From sequence record MT135025.1: 64,000 bases of DNA. One strand, given 5' to 3'. The translations under genes were made by a program, and so were the position numbers. Below are positions 1-9,482 of the stretch, in pieces. Every line of letters begins with the position of its first letter. Position 1 is the stretch's first letter. The notes below the pieces were generated by a model. The model made no database searches. It saw nothing but the letters and a program-made list of their open reading frames with translations, and was not told the origin of the DNA.

Positions 1-765
1 TTCCACGTGTTTGACTGTTGGGATCCAGAGCAACCAGACCTACCTTTTGAACAACGTTACGAGCTTTACAAAACGCACGTTGCGGCGCTGTGTGCACTTG
101 TGGGCCACATTGTACATGCGGTGCACCAATACCCCTATGTTAGCGAAAACGACGCTATGCAAGCCTATGCGTGGGCTATTGAGCACGGTTACGAGGGTCT
201 TTGCTTTAAGCGCAAGGATCTAGGGTACAAACTCGGACGCTCTACTGTTAAACAGGGTTACTTCCTACGTATCAAACCGGAAAACCCATATGACGGGATT
301 GTTCTAGGGTTTATCGAACGACAACACAACCTATGTGAAAGCCAAACGAACGAACTAGGTCATTTGTACAAACCGCAAAACAAAGACATGAAGCGTGCTG
401 CGGGTATGGTTCAAAATGCTTTGGTGTACACACCTGAGATTGATAAAATTCACAAGGTTGCTATGACACGTGGCTTAACCGACCCTGACCGTGCAATGCT
501 TTGGGATACGCAAGATCAATATATGGGTTGCGGAATTCAGTGGGTTGGTATTCCAGTTCCAGGACAGGACATCCCACGTTCCCCGCGCTTTGACAAATGG
601 CGACACGACATTCAACCGACGTTCCTTGCGCATGATAGCGGTTCGCTTATGGTTGAATGGGACGCAGACAAGGTTGCAAGTTACTTGGAAAGCGGTTGCG
701 ATTCTATTCCATTGACCACATTCTTGGAGCGTGTTGCTAGCGGTGAGTGGCAACTCGGTAAGTAG
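1..765 (+). CDS. ATP-dependent DNA ligase, 5'-truncated at the window edge
   Basis: Frame is open from base 1 (FHVFDCWD, ligase motif III); HGYEGL (motif IV), LRIKP (motif V), OB-fold region, PRSPRF (motif VI). Confidence 0.85.
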   Translation, partial: FHVFDCWDPEQPDLPFEQRYELYKTHVAALCALVGHIVHAVHQYPYVSENDAMQAYAWAIEHGYEGLCFKRKDLGYKLGRSTVKQGYFLRIKPENPYDGIVLGFIERQHNLCESQTNELGHLYKPQNKDMKRAAGMVQNALVYTPEIDKIHKVAMTRGLTDPDRAMLWDTQDQYMGCGIQWVGIPVPGQDIPRSPRFDKWRHDIQPTFLAHDSGSLMVEWDADKVASYLESGCDSIPLTTFLERVASGEWQLGK

Positions 766-832
766 AAGTCTAAGGTTTATTAATAGCGTGGTTTATTTGA
801 ATTAACTTTGCTATTAGTTGCTTATACCACAT

Positions 833-865
833 GAAGCCTTGTTAACTATAGCAAGGCTTTTATTT
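833..865 (+). terminator. Hairpin followed by T-run downstream of the ligase
   Basis: AAGCCTTG-N10-CAAGGCTT followed by TTATTTT. Confidence 0.6.
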
Positions 866-1103
866 TGACTTAAAGATGGGTATTGCGCCAAAGCTTAGTT
901 TTTAAAATTCAAATGTGGCATTATCTAATTGCACTTCATAGACTTATGCTTTGCTATAGTTGAATGTGGTTTAGCAATGCCGGGATGACCCGTATTACGA
1001 ATAATACAAACTTTATTGCAAGAACGCACTGTTGGCAGCAATTAAACTTGTGTGTGCACACCAAAAAAGCTATATAAAACAAGGGTTTAGGGGCGAAAAT
1101 GCA

Positions 1104-1172
1104 CAAGTGTGCAAGTGCGCCAGCGAGGTTGGCCTATTTTTGGGGATCCTTTGCTGCGCACTTTGCACACTT
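1104..1172. repeat. Near-perfect 17-bp inverted repeat next to an AT-rich tract
   Basis: CAAGTGTGCAAGTGCGC ... GCGCACTTTGCACACTTG (one extra T); AT-rich 1200-1330 follows. Confidence 0.75.
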
Positions 1173-1400
1173 GTTTCTGCTTAAACCATTGCAGACATAA
1201 AAGCAACAAATAGTAAAATATAGAATATAAAATAAAAGCTTATAACGTAATATATATAATGTGTGTATTTAATTAATAAAAGTCTATTAGTAGTTGGAAC
1301 TTAAAGTTAATTAGGATAATACTTCTAGTGGTATTAATGGAATGTACAGTTGTGTGCAATTTTCTGGCGCACTTTGGGGTAAGTTGCGCAATGAACGGTT

Positions 1401-1434
1401 TTGTCTATGCTTTACTGCAAGAAATATGTATAGT
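1401..1434 (+). promoter_or_regulatory. Promoter of the T[AT]GTCT[AT]-N20-(-10) family
   Basis: TTGTCTAT-N20-TATAGT, same geometry as the minus-strand copies. Confidence 0.55.
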
Positions 1435-1631
1435 AGCAACATAAAGCCTATGGCTTACCCTTAGTAACCGCGAGCCAACATACCGGCAGCGGCACACGGT
1501 GCAGTGTATACACGTGGTCACCGTGTTTACGCAGCCACTTTCGGGGGTGCTACGGGGTTTTAACTAGCGATCGGTGCAGTTGTACCGGCATTATTAACAA
1601 AGCGGCCCACAGGGGCTTACAGGGGTTTAGA

Positions 1632-2168
1632 ATGGTAGCTGTAACATTACAAGAACCAAAGGCAAGTAAAAACATTATTACACTACGTGAAACTATTCAA
1701 TTTGGACGTTTCCGTGGTTGCACTGGTGCGGAACTTATGAAGTCTGGTGAAGGTACTTCTTACCTAGTTTGGATTTTCAACAACACAGACATCCAGATCG
1801 AAGCTCCAATTGTTAACACCTTAGCTGCGCAAGGTCTTGTGAAGTTAGACACAGAGCGTCGCAACCAGAAAGCGGGTGGTGCTCAACTTGATACCAATAA
1901 GGCGATTACACTTGCCGAATGGGGTGGTACAGGTCAAATGATGGTTGACGCTGCTCGCGCTGCTGCACGCTTGGAACATTGCATTAAAGACAGTGTTCCA
2001 ATTAATCCAGACCGTAAAATTACAGAACCTGTCACGGTTCGAATTGAGCGTCGTTTTGAACCTTTGGACGTAACGTTGGAACCGGAAGAGCGTGAGCGTA
2101 TTTGCCACAAGTTCCGTCAAGCTATTAAGCGTGAGACGTCCCGTATGCTTCGTGATATTGTTGGCTAA
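1632..2168 (+). CDS. Hypothetical protein with a short FGRFRG...YLVW motif (DUF3820/ExoX C-terminal-like)
   Basis: TIQFGRFRGCTGAELMKSGEGTSYLVWIF resembles the FGKYKG...YLxW module. Confidence 0.5.
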   Translation: MVAVTLQEPKASKNIITLRETIQFGRFRGCTGAELMKSGEGTSYLVWIFNNTDIQIEAPIVNTLAAQGLVKLDTERRNQKAGGAQLDTNKAITLAEWGGTGQMMVDAARAAARLEHCIKDSVPINPDRKITEPVTVRIERRFEPLDVTLEPEERERICHKFRQAIKRETSRMLRDIVG

Positions 2169-2271
2169 AACTTACAATATGCAACCCTTTACAAAAGCAA
2201 GGAGAGATCCTTGCTTTTTTATTGAGCTTAATATACCATTGTCTGGACTGTAACCATTTCTTGAGGTTTCC

Positions 2272-2808
2272 ATGGACACCACTACTATGATAACAGGGTC
2301 TACTTATATGGATCCTTCAGAAAAACGCGAACTTGATGCTTTTATTGCTGAGTACATGAAGGACTATGATTCCTATCGTGCTACACTTCGCCTAAACTAC
2401 GATCCAGAGGTTGCGCTCGAGCGTGCCAAGCAGTTCTGGGATCACCCGTATGTTCAACAATGTATTACCGAAATCCAAGAAAACCGTTCAGCTTTATGGA
2501 AGCAGAACGAGCAGCGAGATCTAAGTCGTCTACCGGAAGACTTTGTACCGTCTGATGAAGATTCAGATAAGCAGCGTATTGTCTCCGCGCTGTTTAGAGA
2601 AGCGTTCTATCGCGGTCCAGGCTCGACGCACAGTGCGCGAGTTGCTGCTTTGAGTAAACTCTCGGGTATCTACAAGCTAGAACAAGAGAAGCCGCCTGAA
2701 GCAGATGGCCGTTCGGTAATGGTTGTGCCTGCGACTGGTAACTTAGATGACTGGGAGAAGGGTGCGGCGAAACAGCAAGAGCAGCTCAAGAAAGAGGTAA
2801 AACTATGA
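2272..2808 (+). CDS. Terminase small subunit
   Basis: FIAEYMKDYDSYRATLRLNY...HPYVQQCI HTH pattern, RVAALSKL motif, upstream of lysis genes and TerL. Confidence 0.7.
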   Translation: MDTTTMITGSTYMDPSEKRELDAFIAEYMKDYDSYRATLRLNYDPEVALERAKQFWDHPYVQQCITEIQENRSALWKQNEQRDLSRLPEDFVPSDEDSDKQRIVSALFREAFYRGPGSTHSARVAALSKLSGIYKLEQEKPPEADGRSVMVVPATGNLDDWEKGAAKQQEQLKKEVKL

Positions 2809-3296
2809 TCCCAAGGCGAATAACCGTTCATTGTAGCGGTTCCCGTAAAGGACATTCGATGACCGTACAAGAGATTCGAAATTTCCACACGTCCCCGAAA
2901 CCGCATGGGCGAGGTTGGTCTGATATTGGATACCATTTCATTATCGACCAGTATGGTAACGTTCACGATGGACGTCCCATTACTCGCCAAGGTGCAGGTG
3001 TAAAAGGACATAACAAAGATACTGTTCATATCTGTTTAATTGGCGGGTTAAATAGTCACGGTGAGCCTGCGTTCACTTATACTGACCCACAGATGGAAGC
3101 TCTGTTTAAGCACATCATTGCGCTTGACGAGCAATACGACACCATTAAACTGGAGGACACACGTGGTCACCGTGATTATTCTCCAGACCGTGATGGTGAT
3201 GGTAAAATTGGCCCGCATGAGTACGTAAAAGCATGTCCTTGTTTCGATGTGCGCGAATGGTTAGCTGCGGGTCTTGAAGCTCACGGAATGGTCTAA
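2805..3296 (+). CDS. Endolysin, N-acetylmuramoyl-L-alanine amidase (T7 lysozyme/Amidase_2 type)
   Basis: ITVHCS, GWSDIGYHFII, GHRD, KACPCFDV zinc-amidase motifs. Confidence 0.93.
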   Translation: MIPRRITVHCSGSRKGHSMTVQEIRNFHTSPKPHGRGWSDIGYHFIIDQYGNVHDGRPITRQGAGVKGHNKDTVHICLIGGLNSHGEPAFTYTDPQMEALFKHIIALDEQYDTIKLEDTRGHRDYSPDRDGDGKIGPHEYVKACPCFDVREWLAAGLEAHGMV

Positions 3297-3628
3297 TGGC
3301 ACAAGAAAAGGTTACAGTTGTTGAGGCAATTCTTTTCAGTGGTCTTGCTGGCGTTGGTGGTGTGTTATCATACTGCTTACGTCAAGCAAACAAAGGAAAG
3401 AAACCTTCATTTGGATTGGCAGCACTCGAGGGTTTTTCCTCAGCTTTCGTTGGCTTCCTTGCCATGCTAATGTGCAAAGCTACGGGATTGGACTGGTATT
3501 GGTCCGGTGTTGTGGTTGGTGTGTTTGGTTGGTTGGGTGCGAATGCGAGTATTGCAGTTCTAGCCAAAGTTGTTTACGGAAAGATTGGCGTCAAAGGTAA
3601 AACCGATGATACTAGCAAACATTCGTAA
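3296..3628 (+). CDS. Holin
   Basis: 110 aa with several hydrophobic helices and a basic C-terminus, directly after the endolysin. Confidence 0.8.
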   Translation: MAQEKVTVVEAILFSGLAGVGGVLSYCLRQANKGKKPSFGLAALEGFSSAFVGFLAMLMCKATGLDWYWSGVVVGVFGWLGANASIAVLAKVVYGKIGVKGKTDDTSKHS

Positions 3629-4016
3629 ATATTTAATGGTAGGGTTAGCGCTTTGCGCTGCCCTTACCCTTATTTACGCTGCTGTAACTCACTCACGCTT
3701 AAAGAGTGCGAAGCTTGTAATTAATTCCCTTAACGGGGAAATTGAAATGTTGCATAACGCAGCACAAGTGAACGAAACAACTATTGCTATTTTGAGAGAA
3801 AATGACAAGGTTAACCGTGAGTATCGTGCACGTGTCAAAGCGAAGTTTACAGAGTTGGAGCAAAACCATGAAATGCAATTACGAAAAGCTAAAACGTTCA
3901 TTCCTGAGTCTGACCGTGCTTGTCTTAACCGCGTGCATCCTGTCGAGTATGGGCGGATGTTCCAGCGTGAAAACGGTGGTGGAAACACGGACGGTACTTC
4001 TGAAACCGGACAGTGA
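3606..4016 (+). CDS. Inner-membrane spanin (Rz-like)
   Basis: N-terminal TM helix followed by coiled coil; overlaps the downstream lipoprotein gene; start chosen at ATG 3606. Confidence 0.75.
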   Translation: MILANIRKYLMVGLALCAALTLIYAAVTHSRLKSAKLVINSLNGEIEMLHNAAQVNETTIAILRENDKVNREYRARVKAKFTELEQNHEMQLRKAKTFIPESDRACLNRVHPVEYGRMFQRENGGGNTDGTSETGQ

Positions 4017-4179
4017 GTTGCTTGATGTTTGCAAAGTACCTGAGTATCATGGTACAAAGTATATAGACATCCACGACTTCGCGGGGGAACTATGGTTAGC
4101 CCTGTTGAAGTGTGAAGCCCGTGACTTACAACGATTAGACTGGTATGAAAAACAAGAAAAACTTACCGGACAACGTTAA
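3868..4179 (+). CDS. Outer-membrane lipoprotein spanin (Rz1-like)
   Basis: Signal peptide with lipobox MGGC then SSVKT; overlaps Rz in another frame. Confidence 0.75.
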   Translation: MKCNYEKLKRSFLSLTVLVLTACILSSMGGCSSVKTVVETRTVLLKPDSELLDVCKVPEYHGTKYIDIHDFAGELWLALLKCEARDLQRLDWYEKQEKLTGQR

Positions 4180-5713
4180 CGTAATTTGGAAACCTCAGCC
4201 CGGCTCCCAACAGTTAGCAATTAGTTGTCCGTGTAACCACATCTTAATGGAAGGCACCCGAGGCGGCGGTAAGACTGACAACCAAGTCATGTTCTTCCGT
4301 CGTTTTGTTGGTTTGGGCTATGGAAGTTTTTGGCGTGGTGTAATCTTTGACCGCGAATACAAAAACTTGGATGACTTAATTGTAAAGTCGCAACGTTGGT
4401 ATAAACAGTTTAACGACGGTGCGAAGTTCCTCAAAGGTGGTGGTGACTATAAGTGGGTTTGGCCTACTGGAGAAGAGTTGCTATTCCGTCAAATGAAGAC
4501 CGAAGATGATTACTGGAAATATCACGGTCAGGAATTCCCATTTATTGGGTGGAACGAATTAACCAAACAACCGAACGGTAACTTATACGAAATGATGATG
4601 TCGTGTAACCGTTCATCCTTTCTACCAATGGAGCATACGCCACGTCATCAATTGACGTTTGACGATGAAGGTAACATTATAGACGGGCTTCTACCTGAAC
4701 TTCCATTGGTAGTTTTTTCTACGACTAACCCGTATGGAGTTGGGCATAACTGGGTGAAACAGCGTTTCATCGATCCCGCTCCTCCGGGCGTGGTGGTACG
4801 TGATACCAAAGAGGTATTCAACCCACGTACACAGCGTAGGGAAAACATCACTAAAACACAGGTACGATTGTTCAGCTCGTATAAAGAGAACCGTTACCTG
4901 TCACCCGAATACGTTCTGGAGCTTGAGTCCATTACCGACCCGAACAAACGTGCTGCATGGTTGGAAGGTTCATGGGACATCACGTCAGGAGGTATGTTCG
5001 ACGATGTGTGGTCAAGCACGCACAATATAGTGGAACCGTTTAGACCACCTGAAGGTTGGCGTATCTTCCGGTCGTTCGACTGGGGTTCATCGCGCCCGTT
5101 CTCTGTTGGTTGGTGGATGGAAAGTGACGGGTCCGACTACGTTGATGCCAAGGGTAACATTCGCAGCTCAATCCGCGGTGACGTGTATCGCATCGCTGAG
5201 TGGTACGGTTGGACGGGTGTTCCTAACGAAGGTTTGCGATTACTTGCAACCCAAATATCCAAGGGTATTGTCGAGCGTGAAATTCGTTGGGGTATTAGGG
5301 GCCAAGTTAAGCCGGGGCCTGCGGATAGTTCCATTTGGGACGATCAGAACGGTAACTGTATTGCAACGGACATGAAAAAGCGTGTTCGTATTGACGGTAA
5401 GCAATATTCTGGTGTTACTTGGGAACGTGCTATTAAGTCTCCAGGCTCACGTCACAACGGTTGGGAAATGATGCGCGTTGCAATTGTCAACGGGCAACCA
5501 GACCCTGACGGTTTCCCACGTGAGAAGCCAGGATTCTTTGTGTTCCGTAACTGTGACCAATTCCTACGAACTGTGCCACCTATTCCGCGCGATAGCAAGG
5601 ATATGGACGATGTGGATACTGACGCAGAAGATCACATTGCCGACGAAGCCCGATATGTGGTACTATCTTTGGGCAAACGCTTTAAAGTTAAGAAGACTAC
5701 TGGTTACTATTAA
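4145..5713 (+). CDS. Terminase large subunit
   Basis: GTRGGGKT Walker A, FIGWNE Walker B, STTNP, RSFDWG nuclease, DHIADEARY. Confidence 0.95.
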   Translation: MKNKKNLPDNVNVIWKPQPGSQQLAISCPCNHILMEGTRGGGKTDNQVMFFRRFVGLGYGSFWRGVIFDREYKNLDDLIVKSQRWYKQFNDGAKFLKGGGDYKWVWPTGEELLFRQMKTEDDYWKYHGQEFPFIGWNELTKQPNGNLYEMMMSCNRSSFLPMEHTPRHQLTFDDEGNIIDGLLPELPLVVFSTTNPYGVGHNWVKQRFIDPAPPGVVVRDTKEVFNPRTQRRENITKTQVRLFSSYKENRYLSPEYVLELESITDPNKRAAWLEGSWDITSGGMFDDVWSSTHNIVEPFRPPEGWRIFRSFDWGSSRPFSVGWWMESDGSDYVDAKGNIRSSIRGDVYRIAEWYGWTGVPNEGLRLLATQISKGIVEREIRWGIRGQVKPGPADSSIWDDQNGNCIATDMKKRVRIDGKQYSGVTWERAIKSPGSRHNGWEMMRVAIVNGQPDPDGFPREKPGFFVFRNCDQFLRTVPPIPRDSKDMDDVDTDAEDHIADEARYVVLSLGKRFKVKKTTGYY

Positions 5714-5722
5714 GGTTCACAT

Positions 5723-7303
5723 ATGAGCGGCACTAAGCGCAAAATAAACCATCACCCACTGTACACGGCTATGTTGTCGGTTTGGACAATGTGCCGTGAC
5801 TGTGAGGGTGGTTCCCGCGTTATCAAATCTAAACGCGATACTTACCTACCGCCTACTTCTGGTATGCTTGCGGATGGGTTCTCAAATACTAACTTGAATA
5901 GTTTGGGTTCTAAGGTTTATGAAACCTATATTACCCGAGCTTATTACCCTGACGTGTTTAAAGATGCTGTGGAAACTGCGGTAGGTATTATGCACCGCAA
6001 ACCTGCAAACATTAAACTCAGTCCAAAACTTGAGCAACTGCGAGACCGTGCGTCAGATGGTGGTGAAACACTTCAACTGCTGTTAAGACGTATTAACGCG
6101 GAACAGTTAACAACTGGTCGACTTGGTTTGATGGGTGACATTCGTGTTAAGAATGGTAAAGAAGAGCCTGTTATCCTAGTGTACAAGGAGTCAACTGCAT
6201 ACAACTGGGATGATAGTTCGCGTTCGCGTGCGGATTCTAACTTGCGCTTTGTAATGTTAGATGAGAGTTCTTACGAGCTTAACGATTCCTTTGCATGGGT
6301 GTGGAAGGAAAAGTCGCGTGTGCTTGCACTGGTTGACCCTACAACTAAGCGTATTGCACAATTGGACGATGACGGTAAAATTCCTGATAACGCTGTGTAC
6401 GGTTACGCAGAGGTTGAAAGCGACGACGAGTTAGCTGAAAAAGAATTTACAATTGTAAGCGTTAAGGGTAGCAATGTTGACGGTATTGCGTTCACGTTTG
6501 TTAACTCACGCGACCTATTGTCGATTCCGGATACCCCACCACTTGAAGGTCTTGCTGACCTGTCTTTGCTTATTTATCGTGGTGAAGCTGACTACCGTCA
6601 AAACCTGTTCATGCAGGGACAGGACACCCTTGTTACGATTGGTGACGTTGGTGGGGAAGATGACGACGGTGACGGTAAAACAACTCGTACGGGTGCGGGT
6701 GCTCGTTTAGCTCTACCAGTTAACGGTGACGCGAAATATATTGGTGTTGACTCACAAGGTTTACCTGAGCAGCGTCAAGCACTTGAAGCTGACTATAAGC
6801 GCGCAGAAAAGAAGACGTCCAAGTTGATGTCTGGTACTAACACGCAGGAATCGGGTGACGCACTTCGTATTCGTGCAGCTTCACAAACAGCAACACTTCC
6901 GCAAATTGCTCAGTCCGGTGCTGCGGGTCTACAATACATCCTTCGTAAGCTTGCGCAAATGCTCGGCGACAACCCAGAAGACGTTGTGGTCACGCCGAAC
7001 ATGGAGTTCACAGACAAAGGTGGTAATCCTGTTGACCTTAAATCTATTATGGAAGCGAAACTACTTGGTGCGCCAATTAGTATCGAGTCTATTCATAGCT
7101 GGTCTAAGCGCTCTGGTTTCACCGATTACGATTGGGAAGAGGAACAGAAGAAGCTTGCTGAAGACGACAAATATGACTTGTCGTTTAGCACTGGTAACGA
7201 AGATGAAGCAACGTTGAACGTTGGTACGAACATTGACATTAATAATCCGGACGACACTGGTAAAGGTACGCGCGACGGAGTAGATGACAATGGCGACGTT
7301 TAA
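5723..7303 (+). CDS. Portal protein (DUF4055-like)
   Basis: Follows TerL; YLP...Y..Y..RA.Y...F N-terminus, PPLEGLADL, ESGDALRIR. Confidence 0.9.
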   Translation: MSGTKRKINHHPLYTAMLSVWTMCRDCEGGSRVIKSKRDTYLPPTSGMLADGFSNTNLNSLGSKVYETYITRAYYPDVFKDAVETAVGIMHRKPANIKLSPKLEQLRDRASDGGETLQLLLRRINAEQLTTGRLGLMGDIRVKNGKEEPVILVYKESTAYNWDDSSRSRADSNLRFVMLDESSYELNDSFAWVWKEKSRVLALVDPTTKRIAQLDDDGKIPDNAVYGYAEVESDDELAEKEFTIVSVKGSNVDGIAFTFVNSRDLLSIPDTPPLEGLADLSLLIYRGEADYRQNLFMQGQDTLVTIGDVGGEDDDGDGKTTRTGAGARLALPVNGDAKYIGVDSQGLPEQRQALEADYKRAEKKTSKLMSGTNTQESGDALRIRAASQTATLPQIAQSGAAGLQYILRKLAQMLGDNPEDVVVTPNMEFTDKGGNPVDLKSIMEAKLLGAPISIESIHSWSKRSGFTDYDWEEEQKKLAEDDKYDLSFSTGNEDEATLNVGTNIDINNPDDTGKGTRDGVDDNGDV

Positions 7304-8453
7304 CGAGCAACTTCAAGATAAGCTGTGGTTGCACAGCTTATACGTTCAGCGCTACGCGGCACGCTTAGGTCGTTTGGGTAATGATCGTATACTTACCACT
7401 GAGCGCGAAATACGCGCTCTTATAACCGAGTACGTTGCCCGTATGGACGGCGTACCGATTACCACTAAGCGCGGTCAGCAACTTCTTAAAGAGTTTGAAC
7501 GCAAGTTAATTGAATTGCGTCGAAAAGCGTGGGTTGAGCTCACAGCTGAACTTGAAAAAGAAGCAAAGCAGTTTGCAAAAGTTGACCACGCTGCACAAAT
7601 TAAAGTGGTTGACGACATTATGCCACTTGCAATTGGTATGCACGCGCTCGATGTTGCTTCTATTACTGCTATTGCAACGGTGCAACCTTTCGAGGGTAAC
7701 ACGCTTCGCGGTTGGATGACGCTTGCTCAACAGCGCGACATTAACCGCCTGCTTCGTGTTGCTCGTATTGGTATGGTGAACGGTGAAACCATTGAGCAAA
7801 TGGTTGCGCGTGTTATTGGTTCACAGAAGTATCAATACAAAGATGGTATGTCGCGCAAGTTCCGCTCCGATATTGAAGCTAATTTAATCACCTGTATTAA
7901 CGGTATTAGCAACAACGTATGGGCGAATCTTGCTGCTGCTAACGACGATATCATTGATTACGAAGTGTTCCAGGCTACACTGGACGGTAGAACTACTATT
8001 CAGTGTGCGAGTAACGATAACAAGAAATTTAAGGTGGGTGAAGGACCGATACCTCCGCTTCACATGCGATGCCGATCTAAGCGTTTACCTGTGGTCACAG
8101 ATGCAGCGTTCAACCGCCGTGGTATGGATCCAACGTTTGAAAAAGAACTTGTGCAAGAGTTTGCTCGCAAAAACCAACTTGGACAAGTTAATAAGGTTGG
8201 GGACTTGCCTTATGGGTACAAAACAGCGTATAATAAGTGGATGCGCCGCCGCCGTCGTGAATTGGTTGGTGATGCGCCTGCTGACTTGCGCTTTGAAGAT
8301 TGGCTGCGTAAACGTAGCACAGCTTTCCAGGATGAGTATCTTGGTAAGCGCAAGGCGGAACTTTTCCGTCAAAACAAATTGTCTTTGGATAAGTTCGTTA
8401 CCCGTGACGGGTATGAGTTGACCATTGACCAACTAGAAAAATTAGTTTCCTAA
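7284..8453 (+). CDS. Head morphogenesis / minor capsid protein (SPP1 gp7/Mu F-like)
   Basis: ATLDGRTTIQC...PPLHMRCRS motif; position after the portal. Confidence 0.88.
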   Translation: MTMATFNEQLQDKLWLHSLYVQRYAARLGRLGNDRILTTEREIRALITEYVARMDGVPITTKRGQQLLKEFERKLIELRRKAWVELTAELEKEAKQFAKVDHAAQIKVVDDIMPLAIGMHALDVASITAIATVQPFEGNTLRGWMTLAQQRDINRLLRVARIGMVNGETIEQMVARVIGSQKYQYKDGMSRKFRSDIEANLITCINGISNNVWANLAAANDDIIDYEVFQATLDGRTTIQCASNDNKKFKVGEGPIPPLHMRCRSKRLPVVTDAAFNRRGMDPTFEKELVQEFARKNQLGQVNKVGDLPYGYKTAYNKWMRRRRRELVGDAPADLRFEDWLRKRSTAFQDEYLGKRKAELFRQNKLSLDKFVTRDGYELTIDQLEKLVS

Positions 8454-8479
8454 GAGAGCATGGGCTCGGGAGTATATAA

Positions 8480-9349
8480 ATGAAACGTACACTATTATCG
8501 CACGCTGTGATGGCACAGGTTGCACTTCTGTCTTCTAAAGGTTACGGTGAAGACGACATTTCTCTAATGACGTCTTACAACGCAGTGGATGAGATTCCAG
8601 AACCTTTCCGCGGTCTGTATACTGAACAGGACGGTAAGCACGTTCTGTCAAAAGTTGTTGGTCTTAAGACACAAGACGACATCAACCGTTTGCAAGGTGC
8701 ATTGGACAAGGAGCGTAACGACCACAAGGCTGTGAAGGGTGCACTTGCGAAGTTAGGTGATCGTTCGATTGACGATGTACTTACCATCCTCGATAAGGTT
8801 CCAGCTTGGGAAGCACTTGAAGCACAAAGCGATCCGAGTAAGATTGACGAGCTTGTAAACGGTAAACTTTCGCAGCACACTGCACCGCTACAACGCCAAG
8901 TTACTGAGTTAACTACCGAGCGTGACGGTTACAAAGAGAAGTTCGAAGCGCTACAAACACAAGTTAAGACAGATAAGATCCGCGGTACGTTGAAGGACGC
9001 TGCGCTTAAAGCTAAAGCACTGCCAGAAGCTGCTGACGACATTGCAAACATGGGTCTAGGTTTGTTCGATGTGGACGACGCGGGCAATGTTGTGGTCAAA
9101 GCGGATGCTAAGGGTGTCACTCCGGGCATTATGCCTGAAGTATGGTTAAACGACCTGAAAGACAGCAAGCCGTTCTACTGGCCTGCATCGCAAGGTGCTG
9201 GCGGTCAAGGTGGTCAAGGTGGTGGCGGTCAAAACAACCCTTGGAAGCAAGAGACGCTAAACCTAACAGAGCAGGGTAAACTTGTTCAAACAAATCCAGC
9301 GTTAGCTCGTCAACTTGCACAAGCTGCTGGCGTAACTCCAACATGGTAA
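8480..9349 (+). CDS. Capsid scaffolding protein with an N-terminal leader
   Basis: Coiled coil, G-rich linker and NNPWKQETLNLTEQGKL C-terminal capsid-binding motif; between MuF and the capsid gene. Confidence 0.8.
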   Translation: MKRTLLSHAVMAQVALLSSKGYGEDDISLMTSYNAVDEIPEPFRGLYTEQDGKHVLSKVVGLKTQDDINRLQGALDKERNDHKAVKGALAKLGDRSIDDVLTILDKVPAWEALEAQSDPSKIDELVNGKLSQHTAPLQRQVTELTTERDGYKEKFEALQTQVKTDKIRGTLKDAALKAKALPEAADDIANMGLGLFDVDDAGNVVVKADAKGVTPGIMPEVWLNDLKDSKPFYWPASQGAGGQGGQGGGGQNNPWKQETLNLTEQGKLVQTNPALARQLAQAAGVTPTW

Positions 9350-9358
9350 AATGAATTG

Positions 9359-9418
9359 TTGCATTGACAACAATTATCCATTATATTTAAGGGACTGTCA
9401 TGGGGCAGTCCCTTTTTT
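9359..9418 (+). promoter_or_regulatory. Sigma70-like promoter overlapped by a terminator hairpin upstream of the capsid gene
   Basis: TTGCAT-17-TATATT (9359-9387); AAGGGACTG-N8-CAGTCCCTT-TTTT (9389-9418). Confidence 0.6.
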
Positions 9419-9482
9419 ACGTTAGCGGCCATGGGGTACGCGACATTATTTCGTTAATACGCCATAATAGAGGAGATATCCT

